A stretch of 64,000 nucleotides of DNA. It comes from Eledone cirrhosa. Lineage: Eukaryota. The position numbers and the translations under genes were made by a program. The stretch lies in assembly GCA_964016885.1 (NCBI GenBank), contig OZ024756.1:30504001-30568000 (forward strand), in the 5' to 3' direction. Below are positions 20,606 to 35,908 of this stretch, piece after piece. Under the pieces are notes generated by a model. It did not search any database. It was not told the DNA's origin and was given only the letters and a program-made list of their open reading frames with translations. The first letter of the stretch is position 1. The number at the start of each line of letters is the position of its first letter.

Positions 20606-20953
20606 TAGACATAGTAGAGTAATTTCAATATTTGTATATTTCCATGTGAGGCTATGTATGTATCGGTGTGGTTTCCATAAATTCGAAATTATAAACCATT
20701 CTCTTATAATCTGCTAGTGAAATATTAAATATATTTAAGAAAAATGCAACAAAGGACACGCATATACATACATACACACACACACATACACACACACATA
20801 CATATATATATATATACATATGTAAACACACACATATGTATATATATGTATATATACATATGTATATATTTATTTATTTATATACATATACATATATGCA
20901 AACATATATATATACTGTATATATTTTATCAAATGATTCTATGGACTTACTTT

Positions 20954-21019
<66 letters not shown>

Positions 21020-21114
21020 TATACATATATATATATGCATATATATACGTACATACACTCACACTCAGAGATACATATATCTATCTCTCCCTATCTATCT
21101 CTCGCTCTCTCTCA

Positions 21115-21203
<89 letters not shown>

Positions 21204-21663
21204 TATATAATTTGCAATAATACCGCTAAATAAAGAGAAAGTGAAAAAAAATATTTCATTCAGTAAAAAGCATACGCAATTATCTATTAGATATTAAGCG
21301 CCAGTATGTCTGTGAAATTAAGTTGAAACGCCCGTTCCAGAAATCGATTATATACATTATATACAGGATATCAAAATATACAATACAGTCGTTATGGCGA
21401 ATAGAAATTTTCCTAAAAATAAACACACAAATATAAAGTAAAGGAAATGAAAAGAACGAAATATTGTGAGATCCGTTTGGAATCCAACGTTTTATATTCG
21501 TTCATCTAGAAACGATTAAATTTGAAAAATGTAAATGTAGACATTTGTTCTTGAAACGTAATTTGCTCACTAAATATAAAGTGTAACCAAATTCAACACA
21601 ATATGTACAAAATATGCACAACCTGCAATTATTAGATTTTTATCACCTTTTTCAACACATAAA

Positions 21664-21714
<51 letters not shown>

Positions 21715-21831
21715 TTATCTTTCTTGCAAAGATAAGAAGCTTTCTACCTAAGTAGTACTTACCTGTATATTCAAGTATATATATGTAACTGTGCCCCTGT
21801 TTCTCCCCCTCTCTCTCTCCTTCTCTCTGTA

Positions 21832-21862
<31 letters not shown>

Positions 21863-21879
21863 GTCTATATATATGTATA

Positions 21880-22018
<139 letters not shown>

Positions 22019-22031
22019 ATGTTGCCTCTGA

Positions 22032-22105
<74 letters not shown>

Positions 22106-22554
22106 GTATGTGTGTGCGTAAGTGTGTTTGGTTGTTACCTATGAATGTGTGTATATTGGTATGTATATGTTTACATCCATAGAGAAAGATAGATAGACCT
22201 ATACCTTATATACAATCATACACATTTGTCTAACTATACATCACACTGCATATGTATTATATTGATACATTACCTAGTTTAGTCAGATAACCTACTTATT
22301 CATTTTGTCATTGAACTGACATCTTCCCTTTTTTTTTGTATTATAATCATATATACATTCCTATCTTGGTCTAGTTTGATCTCCCGGCCATGCTTTTTAT
22401 TATATTAACTGCTATGTTCGAGCTTGCCATTAATAATACTATTCAATCGAAATAGTGTCAACTGCAACTATACTTGCATATCATTTTTTAGTAACATTAG
22501 AAATATTACACTCCGAATGTTGAATAAGATCAAAGCACATATGTCCAAATAATG

Positions 22555-22863
22555 TAGTCAGATGAATGATGGAACATTGCAATTCATTAGTAAAAAAAAA
22601 ACCTAAGCAAGAAAACCTTAGCTTTGCAAATATTTGAATCCTATTATTTTGGTTTGAGTAAAATAGCACTATATAACTATGAGCTCTGGTTCGCAGTGGT
22701 ACAACTCTCGGCTTATCTTGCTTCCCCTAGTCAGATGAATAAGGGAACATAGAAAATCATAAAAAAAAAAACCCGAATCAAGCAGGCCCCAGCTTTGCAA
22801 ACATTTGAATACAATGTTTTTGGTTTGAGAAATATAACCGTATGTAACTATAAGCTCTGGTTC
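22555..22863 (+). repeat. Old tandem duplication, period ~173 bp
   Basis: TAGTCAGATGAAT..AGCTTTGCAAA..TTTTGGTTTGAG..AGCTCTGGTTC occurs twice. Confidence 0.75.
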
Positions 22864-23825
22864 CTTCTGCTGCAGCACTCGGGCTATTCTGCTGACTTTT
22901 CTTCCCCTGCTTCCCTTGTTAACCTCTGTTCCTATTTCTGTGTCTGAAGTCCTGCTTATATCATACAATCTTCCCTTCATCGACTTGCTAAATGCACCCA
23001 AACTAAACACGATAGTATTAACCAAGGCGCCTGATTAAATCTACTAAAGTTGGATAAAAGCCGCAAATATATCCGGCACTCTAAGGATTTGTATAACCCC
23101 TAGCTGTGAATCATGACTTCATTTTACCGAATGTCAAATGATACAAGACAAAGTTTACCTGGACAAGTCCTGAACACAAAGCGCAAGACGCTGGAAAAAA
23201 CCCAGTCATTTTTTATATGCTCTTACGGCTGATTAATTCACCATTGCAGAGTGCCGAAAATCTGGGGAAGGAAGGTGTGTTCATAGTGGTTAGTGAGAAA
23301 CCGAGTGAGGAAAACTTAACTGTTTTATCTAGCAGATTGATTGATATAGAAGAGTGCTGCTTGTTAGTCCTCGTTGCTGATCAAAAACAGTTCAAGGTGA
23401 TAAAGTCTAGTCTTATATTTACGTGGTTGCTATCATTTAAACATAGCTTGTCGCATTTCAAAATCTCAAATTATAATAACTTTGAAAAGTGTCCAAGTTA
23501 TTTACTTACTTGAGAGTGAGTTTGTTTAAAATCTCTAATCATATCAGGTCAACGAAGTATACAATAGGAATTATACAATATAAATCTTGTTAATTGGATT
23601 CCATTATTTCAAGAGACAAAGTTTTAATTATATAACTTCATTACTTAATGATATAACGTCATTGCTTACTCAATTACTTCAACAACACATGTGCACATGT
23701 GGAATTAGATTTCAAATTATCTTCTATTCTATTAAAATTATAAATTATTAGACTACTGTTACTGTGGGGCACTACATTCAAGTGTTACATTTGATCAGGT
23801 CATTGTTAGTACATATGTAGAGTCT

Positions 23826-23885
<60 letters not shown>

Positions 23886-23887
<2 letters not shown>

Positions 23888-24328
23888 GTAGGAGGTGAGT
23901 TTTATTGTAGCACAATAACGCAATGCAATTTTTAAAATTATCTATTATCTTTCACGGTTTTTTAATTTCTCTCTGTGAGGACAATGTTTTCTCACTTTTA
24001 AAGGCTATTTCTCTCTCTCTATCACTCATTTCTCCTCCTCTCTCATCCTTCCTTCTTATACTCCTCCCCCGTCATCCTTTATTTTCTTTCTTCCTCTTCC
24101 TTACCTTTTCCTACCCCCCTCCTTTTTTCCCAATCTCATATATCCATCTTACTTTATTTTACATATGTTGATTTAACACTTCACTGCTCGCAAGTGTTTT
24201 TTAAGCTTCATATCATGTCTCCCTATTTTATCTGATGAGAACGCAAGTATCATCCCATGGTGATATTTGTTTTTGAAATGCGCATAATAAAATACTTGGA
24301 CCTCTTTTAATCATCTTTTGATCTTATG

Positions 24329-24330
<2 letters not shown>
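23886..24330 (+). mobile_element. Family B element: inverted tail piece (23886-23927) plus sense arm with HHR
   Basis: atgtaggaggtgagttttattgtag is the reverse of the family B tail; 24190-24330 is homologous to 63352-63490(-). Confidence 0.7.
24226..24292 (+). ncRNA. Type I hammerhead ribozyme motif (family B)
   Basis: TTTTAT-CTGATGA-stem II-GAA-ATGCGCAT-A-ATAAAA. Confidence 0.75.
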
Positions 24331-24376
<46 letters not shown>

Positions 24377-24529
24377 CATTAATAAAAAAAAGCTGCATCT
24401 TTAAGTAATATTGTTATTATACTGATCCTCCATCGTAAGTACAAACTACGAATGTTGAGAGCTTTCTCCTGCTTGCTCCCCTATTTACCAAAACAATCGC
24501 TTTGGAACACACACACACACACACACACG

Positions 24530-24583
<54 letters not shown>

Positions 24584-24714
24584 TAATTAACTAATTAATT
24601 TAATTAGACAATTCTGTTGATTGGTTAATTATTTATGTTTCTTTTATAACATCTGGTCGAGAGCTTATTCTGATGATTAGCGGAAATTAAAATATTTCCC
24701 TTGTCTAACATTTT

Positions 24715-24852
24715 GATTAACCCGCCAAAAACCGGGGGTTATTTCCCTTGCTGGAATTATCACGTGACAGCTATAGATACGATACGCCGCGACACAGCAG
24801 CAACATTTAGCCTATCACCTCGTCCTTGGTAGAACGAAAACCTGTTGATAAA
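24715..24852 (+). promoter_or_regulatory. Candidate promoter/5'UTR with E-box TCACGTGAC
   Basis: Locally CpG-retaining unique sequence, CACGTG at ~24761, upstream of AAAATG and a GTAAGT donor. Confidence 0.3.
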
Positions 24853-24897
24853 ATGAATCCTCTGTTCGATCAAAAATACCTGGAGATTGCCAGTCAC
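24853..24897 (+). CDS. Candidate first coding exon MNPLFDQKYLEIASH, product unknown
   Basis: AAA-ATG context, 15 open codons, phase-0 donor CAC|GTAAGT at 24898. Confidence 0.35.
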
Positions 24898-25624
24898 GTA
24901 AGTCTGATATTTGATTTCGGATTCATAGAAACACGTTAAACGTATAATCGTTTGATTTGTCCAGGTGTATTTTTCTTAACCTGTTAGTTCTATCGTTACT
25001 TTGGTATGTTATTGTGGGTTAGATTTTGCCTACCACAATGTTAGATTTGTCAAGCTATTTAAACGTATGTTATTACTCTAATGACCTAACTTATCGAGTG
25101 CTTTGCTAACTCATCACCTCATAAGTAGGCCGTATTTGCTTGCAAACCGCCAGAGATTAGATTTTACTAAATATCCAATTGTTTATATATATATATATAT
25201 ATTACAGATTTATATCAGTTGTATGGGTAAGTTTCGATTATAGAAAGGGCGTTGTAAACTGAAAGTCTGATCGTGTAGAGTTTTCGATACTCAGAGAGTG
25301 GGATTGGTCGAGTGTATGGATTGGAACAACCTGAAACGAGTGCGTAGCTCAAGGAGAAAAAAAACATTGCGTGATCCTGGAATCGACGACGTGATATTCA
25401 ACTCGGGATGAGCCTAACGCTATAATATGTAATCCGTGTACCTTCATAGTCTTAGCAGAAAAGCTTAATACTAACATATTTTCAGTAATATGTAACGTCG
25501 ATTCCCATTTCTCAGATCTCATACATATGAGATTCCTGGTAACTCCAGAAAAATATCATATTAATACACACACACACACACGCACACACACATATATATA
25601 TATGCATATATATATATATATATG

Positions 25625-25740
<116 letters not shown>

Positions 25741-26335
25741 TAGATATTGAAACGGAAAGTAAGCGTCTATACAAAACAGTGGTTATAGAGGAATGTGAAA
25801 TTGGAAAAAGCACGGAAAATGGGTCTGTTTTTTTTTTCTTCCTTTCTTATATATATATATATATATATATATATAATCAATATTCGCCTGTTGTTATTGT
25901 GTGTTATTCTTGTAACAATCTGAGGTTCAAGAGGTGGAACAAACATTGCACATCTTTAATATAAAAGATATCAAATAAATATTCCGCAATACATTATATA
26001 TTCTATGAGAATTCTCAAATCTACCTTTAGTATTTCTTATTTAGTTTAGTTTTCTTTCGGATAATACGTTACATGGAATCCTTATATAAGATTCCTTTGC
26101 CAGGGGCGATAACCTTCAGCGAATTAGCGAGCAAAGTTCATAAGGCAAACACGTCTGTATTTATGAAAAGCAAAGGATGATATTCTATTATGAACTCTCT
26201 GACTATATCAGGTTTATTTCTTGTCTATTTGATTTCTATCTCTCTTTTGCTATCTCTGTTTCTCTTTTACTTCTTCTCTCTCCCACTATCTGTCTCTCTC
26301 CCAGTCTGTTTTTTTTCTACTTTCTCTCCTCTCCC

Positions 26336-26398
<63 letters not shown>

Positions 26399-26540
26399 CT
26401 TTCCACTTTCTCTCTATGTTCCTCTGTCCCACTGTCGCTTCCTTTTTCCCACTATCGCTCTCTATCCCCTTTTTCTCGCTTTCTCGCTTCTCCCCCTCTC
26501 TCTCTTACTCTGTCAATCTTTCACTCATTCTCTCTCTCTT

Positions 26541-26593
<53 letters not shown>

Positions 26594-27054
26594 ACTTTCT
26601 CTCTCTATATATCTCTCTCTGTTTCTCTTTCCATTCTTCCATCTAACTATCTCTCTCTTTCTGTCCCTTTTTACCAGTTTCTTTCCTCTCTCTTTCTCTC
26701 TCTTCATCTTCCTTTATCCCACTTCCTCTCTTTCTCTCTCTCTCTCCTTCTATGTCAACCTTTCACTTCTTTTCTCCCCCAATCTCCCTCCCTCTGTCCA
26801 CCTTTCCACATTCTCTCCTCTCCCACCCTCTCTCAATTTATTATGACTTGCAGGTTTTGAATGAAAGCAAAACAGTATTGTATATCCATAACCGCGGTAG
26901 GTGTTTTGAAACGGTGAGATAGACGTGATTATATAATTATATGGTTTTATTTCCGCTTGTCTATCGCCAACTATAAACCAACAAATGACTCCTATGATTA
27001 TTTTTCCTGAGGATAGAGAGAATGAGAGAAAGGACGTGAGAAAGTGGTATGGAG

Positions 27055-27431
27055 GACGAATCGATCCCAGTACTTGAGTGGCACATTTTTTATCCACCTT
27101 GAATGGATGAAAGGCAAACTTGATCTCGGCGGGATTTTAACTCAGAGAGCCGAAATGAATGCTACAAAGCATTCTATCCGTTGTTCTAACGATTCAGCTA
27201 ATTCGGCACCTAGTTAATATATATTATGGTTTTAACAAAAGGGCGGTGAATTTGCAGTATCGGTAGCGGGTCTGACGCCATGCTTTGCAGCAAAGAGTTA
27301 CATCCCTTTATGGTCTAAGTTCAAATCCCGCTGAGGTAAACTTTGCCTTTCATCCTTACGAGGTTGATGAAATAAAGCACCAGTAATGTACTTGGATAAT
27401 TGCTGGCCTTATGCCAAAAGTAGAAACAATT
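27055..27431. mobile_element. Two SINE S copies head-to-head (27055-27210 minus, older; 27241-27431 plus)
   Basis: ggatgaaaggcaaact..cggcgggatt on minus; full unit on plus. Confidence 0.8.
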
Positions 27432-28178
27432 CTGTTTATAACAAAATAATTAAATTTGAATTGGACTCTCAGTAGTAACATTTCGAAACCTACATTGGGA
27501 AACACAGTTAATGATTTTACATAACATGAGCGGACCCAGGGCTGAAAAAAAATTGAATTTCTAGAATCGAACTGAAAACAAATTTAATTTGATGAAGAAG
27601 CTTCTATTCTTCAACCAGAATTGTTCGTAAACATAAAAGTCTTCATTTTGAAGAAAACCACTTGATAGAATAATAGAATTTCGAAAAATAAATTCATACA
27701 TAAATAAACAAATAAATAAATAAACACATACATGTATATAAAAACTAAATGAATAAATAAATGGATAAATAAATAACTATACAGAAAAAGTGTACTATAC
27801 GTATTTAGTTAAATACTTAAATAACAAACTTTAAATAACATACTTAAAAAACATATTAATGTTTTTGTAGAAAATCGTAAAGAAAATCTGTAGCTTCAAT
27901 AGATTTAACTTAATACTGATTAAAAAGTAAAATTCTAATTCTGAAGGATAAACTTTACAAAGGAAAGTTAATAGAAAATCCAGATTGCAATACTGTGGTA
28001 AAAGAAGTGAATGCAATCGTTGAGAAAAAGTAACAAGTTGAAAGTTTCTGGTTATTTTCTTTTCTATTTCATTTAACTATGTCTTATATAATATGTTTTC
28101 TTACAAAAATAATAAATTGCATTATTTTGTCGTTTCACAAACACACACATTCACAGGCATACACACATACAAGTATAT

Positions 28179-28228
<50 letters not shown>

Positions 28229-28685
28229 TCACAGGTATACACACATACAGGTATATGTACACACGCGCACACATTTATATTCACAGGCATACACACATAC
28301 AGATATATGTACACACACACACATTCACATTCACAGGCACACACACATACAGATATGTGCACATACACACACACACACTCACGTACATATAAACAGATTT
28401 TCATACATGCACACACGCACTCAGATGTACACCCACGTGCCGACACATACAGAAGTACATACATTTAAACAAATATATTTCGCAAAGATATACAAGCAAA
28501 CACGCACACAGATATCCACACATGCGCATTACCAGAAATAGGCACATATAAAGAAATACACACACACGCACATATATATATATATATATGTATATATATG
28601 AAATTGAGATAAGCGGAGCAAGCAAGATTCAAACATTTAAAAAAATAAATTAAAAAATATAATTTAAATATTTACATATTCCAAT

Positions 28686-28768
28686 TGCTTTTACCGACGG
28701 TTTCACTTCACAAAAGATTGGAGATCCATAGGGACCTCCAATGGAAAAGTTTAGATCATCAGAAAGCA
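28686..28768 (-). ncRNA. Type I hammerhead ribozyme motif with extended domain II (family O)
   Basis: TGCTTT-CTGATGA-tctaaACTT..ATTGGAGGTCC-ctat-GGATCTCCAAT..AAGT-GAA-ACCGTCGGT-A-AAAGCA; GUA triplet. Confidence 0.7.
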
Positions 28769-28977
28769 TTTTCCTTTCCTAGGACAAAAAGTCCCAGGAA
28801 CGGCAAAATATATTGCCACCTGCCAGCTAGCACAGGATCGAATGGGGCCGAAAATTTGACCTATGCATGAACCACCCGTAGTAGAAGCGGAAGTAAACAT
28901 AGACGTATTGTCTACCTCGCCACTAAAAATAACAGCTAAATAGAACAACAGATTTGTTCTCTAATATATATATATAT

Positions 28978-29108
28978 ACTCCTGATGATTTCTAAAGAAT
29001 GAAACAGTTCTAGTCCTGTAGAATCTCATCTATATTAAAACTTTTATACTCTGCAATGTATTGAGTACCTTACTTACTGTGGTTACCTCCGATTCAACCC
29101 GGAATAAC

Positions 29109-29112
<4 letters not shown>
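28978..29112 (+). mobile_element. Family C element with HHR motif (28978-29024) and tail
   Basis: CTGATGA-tTTCtaaaGAAt-GAA-ACAG..CTGT-A-GAAT; tail homologous to 47190-47277. Confidence 0.75.
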
Positions 29113-29204
<92 letters not shown>

Positions 29205-29237
29205 GTATATGTATATGTATGTATATGTATATATATG

Positions 29238-29268
<31 letters not shown>

Positions 29269-29269
29269 G

Positions 29270-29323
<54 letters not shown>

Positions 29324-29400
29324 AATATATATGTATATATATATTTATATATAATATATATAATATATATATATATACGTATACATATACGTATACATAT

Positions 29401-29445
29401 TAATTGATACTATATGATAAAAGCATTCACAGCCTCATCTCTCTG

Positions 29446-29488
<43 letters not shown>

Positions 29489-29534
29489 ACAGAGAGATGA
29501 GGCTGTGAATGCTTTTATCATATAGTATCAATTA
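29401..29534. repeat. Perfect 48 bp inverted repeat with a (TA)n loop
   Basis: Arms 29401-29448 / 29487-29534. Confidence 0.9.
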
Positions 29535-30054
29535 AAGTTTTAATGGTATAAAGCTAACCTTGATACATCGATTGAGGATCACACATCACATCATAGTAAC
29601 ATACAAACGTTATCACTTTGTTAGACTCTCTTCATTTCCTATCTCTATTACTATCACATTCTCTTTATATATTATATAGTCACACATTAATCACGCGCAA
29701 AGGCAAACAATTATATTGTAGGACGGGCCACATATTTGATTGTCTTTGATATGGCGTTGTATATTATTGATTATGTCTAAAAGCTTGATAATATGAACCA
29801 GTCATTAAAGCTAGAAGGTATAGACAACCGAACATGGATATGGTAGCCGAAATATATTGCACATCATATATGAAATATGAATGTAATTGCAATGCAGTAG
29901 CAGGGCTGTAAAAGCAAAAACATTGGGTTGTCTGCTTTTTTTTGGCAACTAACTATATGTATCGCTTATCCCTTTAAAATGTTTCTTCTCTCTCACTATA
30001 CTTAAATATTCTCTCTCTCTCTATATATATATATGTTTATATAAGTATACACAC

Positions 30055-30206
<152 letters not shown>

Positions 30207-30256
30207 ATATATGTATATATATGTATGTATATATATTATGTATATATATATATATG

Positions 30257-30324
<68 letters not shown>

Positions 30325-30369
30325 ATATATACATATTTACGTATATGTACACATACATTTATGTATATC

Positions 30370-30405
<36 letters not shown>

Positions 30406-30458
30406 ATATATATATGTATATATATATTATATATATAATATATATATATATTATATTA

Positions 30459-30558
<100 letters not shown>

Positions 30559-30577
30559 CATATATATACACGTGTGC

Positions 30578-30640
<63 letters not shown>

Positions 30641-32876
30641 GTAATCCATTTACATGGTCATAATAGTTTATTGTCTTCATATTATATCTGTTAACGAGGA
30701 CAAAATGGCGTAGATTTCATTCCATAGTTGTTTTATGTTAACGGTATTCATCGCTATAAAGCATACTGGTGCTATTTAATACCCTGTCATGTTAACGATT
30801 TTTTCTCACAATTTTTTTTTCTTGTTTGCTATACCATCACATTGACCGATATTGTCTTCCATATCAGAAGAACACAAAACGAAATTGTCCAGGCAGATTT
30901 CAATAATCTTTTTTATATCGCCCTCTTCAGAAAGCAATTTATATGTCCATATTCGTTTATTGTATATGTATATTTTCCTTCCTACAAAACTTTTTCTATT
31001 ATCTCTCTTCTCACCTTTCTACTTCGTTCATCTACATTTGTAGACAAATGTGTGTAGAATTATTAAATCATGTATTGCTTGTTAGAGTTGTTATTGCTGT
31101 AGATGCTGTTTTGTGGTTTAGCTTGTGATCATCTTAGACTGGGGACCAATGGTATTGTAGAGTGGTATTCTATAAAAAAAATTATCTCCCAATCCCATAA
31201 CAAACATTCATCTCACGCTAAGATTTCTGTCCAGGACCATTAACTTACAAGGTCTCACCAATTTGTATGGCATCTTCACAATCAACTGTTATTCTTCATA
31301 TGTGAATCACAGATAATGTCGTACCCACTTAAATAATTAAGGGTTCCACTTCGGTGAAATACTTCATGTCAGTATTTATGTTTTCGATATTTTCTCTCTC
31401 TTGCATTTTTGCTAATTTGCAGACAAATGTTTATGGCTTCATTCAATGGAGAGTAGTGTTTCCAGTTGCAGTTAGTGTTTTATTTGAAGATTCAATCGAT
31501 TCAGTTTATCAATGCGTAAAAGCATCCATTAATATTTAATCCCACCTGCAAACATTCATGTCTCTCTGATATTTCTTATTCAAGCAAACAGTGTCGTATG
31601 TGTTATTTGACGGCTGGTGTTAAATATGATTGGGATTTAGCTGCATAGCTTAGTTGTATGTCGATATTTTAATGTTGGTAACATTCAATAATGTTCTGTT
31701 TAACGTTAGCAACTAAATTTTGATCGTTGAATTCAATTTCCGTCTAGGTCAATTTTGCATTTAACACTTCCGGGCTCGAAAAAAATGTAGAACCAGTCAA
31801 ATACATGGATCGATATTTGTGACAAATTCCTACTCATGAATTGAAAACCTACAGAGCTTAAGTTAAAAGTTATTTTTCAACGGCGCTATGATTTTGCTCA
31901 TTTTCACAATTATATCCAGGGCCGGTGCCTCGATATTTAGCGCTCTATGCTAATTCTAAAATGTAAGATCTATCCTCTCAAATAAAATCATGTATAGTGT
32001 ACAGTCTGGTAAACTGAGGAAACAAACTATTTGTTGTCACTTCTTCGTCTGAACAAATCAGGAAAATTAATAAGCCAGCATTTTCCACTACACAATCCTC
32101 ACTCACAATATATCAAGTGAGAGGTCGTCATAAGGACATATGAATCGTCTGGAAATTTCTACAATGCTTCTACGCAACAAAATGTGTAGTGATTAATTTA
32201 TACATTGCGGAAAATTGTTATATATTTAATTTAATCTAATTATGCAAATTTGTATATAAAACTGTAAACCTTTAATGTTGAATACTGCGTCTACCTGTCT
32301 TCAGTTTAGGTGGCTGTTATGTGACAAATGTATATCGCGCTATAGGTATTGATAAAAGGAAATAATTTTAGAATTATACACATTTTATATAGATTTAATA
32401 TAATTATATCAATTTAAATATAAAACCATGTTCCTTTTATATTCAATAATGTGCCTCTTTGAGGATTGGTCTTAAGCCGCTCCTTAATTGACTTTCATGG
32501 CAGTGTCGATCCAGCATCTGACTATAGGTGAAATTGCTGAACATGTAGAAAATTTCGGTCGACTAATAATTGTGATGGAATCCTTCAGGAGCCTATTGTT
32601 CTCTTATTGATTTCATGATCCCTTCTATTATCGGAAGCTAAAATGGCCGGTGACAGAATAGGAAGAAAAAAAAGACACCATTTTTATTCAGAAAGCTATA
32701 CACGTCATTCATTCGTAGTGGCTCTTAATCAGATACGTATGCTTCAACGCAAGAATATAAAAGACCTGAAGAAATCAATTTAAGGCCACCATTCTATGCA
32801 GTTCTATCTAGGCTGTCGTTTGCCGAATCACTCTATTCAGAGGTGACGTTGATTAATGAGTTCCAATTTATTCATA

Positions 32877-32951
<75 letters not shown>

Positions 32952-33017
32952 TTGAGTATGTATATATATATATCCATATATGTATATATGTATATATATA
33001 TATACATATATAAATAA

Positions 33018-33056
<39 letters not shown>

Positions 33057-33098
33057 TATGCATATATTTTATATATACATATATAAATGCCTACACAC

Positions 33099-33129
<31 letters not shown>

Positions 33130-33191
33130 GTATGTATATATCATCTGTATAATAATTCATTACAATTCGTTTCTGTCTCTTTCTCTCTCTT

Positions 33192-33323
<132 letters not shown>

Positions 33324-33639
33324 AGGTGTATGTGTGTGTGTGTGTGAGTGTGTAGGCAGGTGATAATCTTGTGATCTGAGTGTGACTTGGCTGCTATTAC
33401 TAAGCATTGCTATAGTAACAGCTGTTCACTGGTTGAAATATTGAGATATAAAATTTATTGTAGACTATATCAATGCTGTTTATATAATCTGTACCTAGAA
33501 TGGTTACAGAGTTGGAAAACAACCTCTTGCAGTGTTTGTTCCGGTTATTACACCCCAAATTCGATTTCTGCTGAGATCAGCTTTGCCCTTCCTTCGATAT
33601 ATATATGCTCTAGATTCTATGGGTCGTCAACTTCTTTGC

Positions 33640-34100
33640 TACCACGAGCCGGATCGAGTATTAATGACGGATAGCGGGCCGGACGAAGGCCATAAAAGAA
33701 TAATTATGTAAAATTACAGAAGCTAAAGTTTTATCACGAGTGTTGACTATACTATTCATTTCACAAATAATTCTGAATCCTGTGGTTTCCTTTCTTGAAA
33801 TGATAGAAAATGTGCATAATTTTTATTTCGATGTTCCGACAACTGTAGCTTTTTTCAAAGGCAACAATATGGTTCTGCATTTCATTTACTAGCTGAGTTT
33901 TACCTTGGAGTTGTAAATTTAAATTATTTAAATGAGTCACAATATCCACAATAAATGCCAAAGTTGTAACAGCAGGCCTTTTATTGTATTCGAAAGTCTC
34001 GTCTCTCATATTACAATAAATTTAAATTTTAAGCAAACAACTCATTGGGCATTAGTGCTCAGAGTTTGGTCAAAATCCCTTCGCGGGCCTACGCCAGCCC
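33640..34100 (-). mobile_element. hAT-superfamily (SPIN/Charlie, GTF2IRD2-like) DNA transposon relic
   Basis: ORF 33761-34009 contains LAFIVDIVTHLNNLNLQLQGKTQLVNEM..HIVAFEK, a recognisable hAT transposase block; flanking GCGGGCC motifs resemble hAT subterminal repeats. Confidence 0.75.
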
Positions 34101-34717
34101 TAGAATTTTATATTTTGCGCTTAAATCTCATCGAAATTCACTATGAAATATACTAACATGAAGTATTGGCGTCGATTTAATCGACTTTCGCTTTCTCCTG
34201 TATTTGCTGGCTTTGTGGAAAAATTAGATATAATTATCTGTCACACATGTTAACTCTGTTCGTAATAACTTTGCTGCGTAGACAAATTACGCGGTAGAAA
34301 ATCGACCATTTTGATTCCATAGAAATACAATAGACACACACACATAAACACACAAACACACATACACACACACACGCGTCCTCAGATATAGTAAAGTATA
34401 GACCTGTAGGGCCTTTTACAAAAGAGAACAGACTAGAGGGAAGACTGTACAGTGCAATATGTTATCAAATTAATCAGGTATTTTATTTCATACACTTCCT
34501 ATATGGTATCTATTTCATTTATGTATTTTGATATTGTAAGTCTTTGTACACATATCGCTTTCAAAGACAAATATATGTTTATTTCCTTCCCATCAGCACC
34601 ACTTAAATGGAAAAATAACAGGAATATGAATAAAATATTAACTACACATGATCTACGGCTTCACTCTGGGGAAACCGTAAATCATGTGTATATCATGTGT
34701 TTATATATATATATATA

Positions 34718-34882
<165 letters not shown>

Positions 34883-34972
34883 ATATGATTTTCTTATATT
34901 TGAACACATTTTACCAAATATCTTCAAACTAAATATGAATCATGTTCCTTGCAATTTTGTATGTATATATGC

Positions 34973-35035
<63 letters not shown>

Positions 35036-35692
35036 TGATATATATGATATATATATATATATATATCATATATATATATATATATATATTTAACGCAATA
35101 TATATATCATATATATATAGAGAGAGATTTAACGCAAAGTTGATAATTGGAGGAAACAAGAAATTGTTGTAATTTACACAAATATTTGAGTGGTATTTAC
35201 ATTTATCGGCCCTGAAAGGGTGAAAAATAAAATTTAACAGGACATGCATTTAAATTAGAACCTAAAACCCTGCTATTTTACCAATCTACACTGTAGATTC
35301 TACAGCGACATTATTCTAACGATTCTAACCATTTACAACCACCAGTAAGAAACACGAATTCATTTTTGTAACAGAAGCATAATCTATTAATTCAAACAAT
35401 TGAGTTAATAGATAAACGCTTTTTAAATCAAACTATAATCACCTCTGCTTCTACGATAAAAACGCTATTTGTTTTAAAACATTTACTTTAAATAATCTGA
35501 TGAAGTTATTTTGCAAAGACGGGATTAATAAAGAGATATTTAGATATATCACTAATGCATTTCTAAATCATGATTCTTTACAAATAAATTTCAGCATATA
35601 TACATGTTTTTTCAACATTCAAAGAATACTTTGGCAGAATTTCGAACACTGATCACAAAGAGCTGGAACACATACGACAAAGAATATTTAGG

Positions 35693-35908
35693 GACTGGAT
35701 TGGAAGTATCGGTGGACATCTGACAAGATACTTTATAGCATAGAGATACGGCCCTTTAAAATGTGAGTTCAAATCTTGTGAAGGTTAGCCTTGCCTTTCA
35801 TCCGTTCGGGTTTGATCAAATAAAGTACCAGTAATGCACTGAGGTCGATTTATTTGACTTTCCCCTCTCCCAAAATATTTACCTTGTGCCAAAATCAGAA
35901 ACCAATAT
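35693..35908 (+). mobile_element. Older SINE S copy
   Basis: gagttcaaatc..gcctttcatccgttcggg..aaagtaccagtaatgcactg..accttgtgccaaaatcagaaac. Confidence 0.75.

Noticed and set aside
22669-23513. ORFs 22669-23025(-) and 23217-23513(+)
   Set aside because: No recognisable domain or convincing splice context; the first overlaps an old tandem duplication
24665-24700. CTGATGA-TTAGCG-GAAAT as a hammerhead
   Set aside because: No stem II or stem I complementarity
30700-32870. Long microsatellite-free stretch as a possible gene or transposon ORF
   Set aside because: Only short ORFs and no motif I can identify by eye; needs BLASTx
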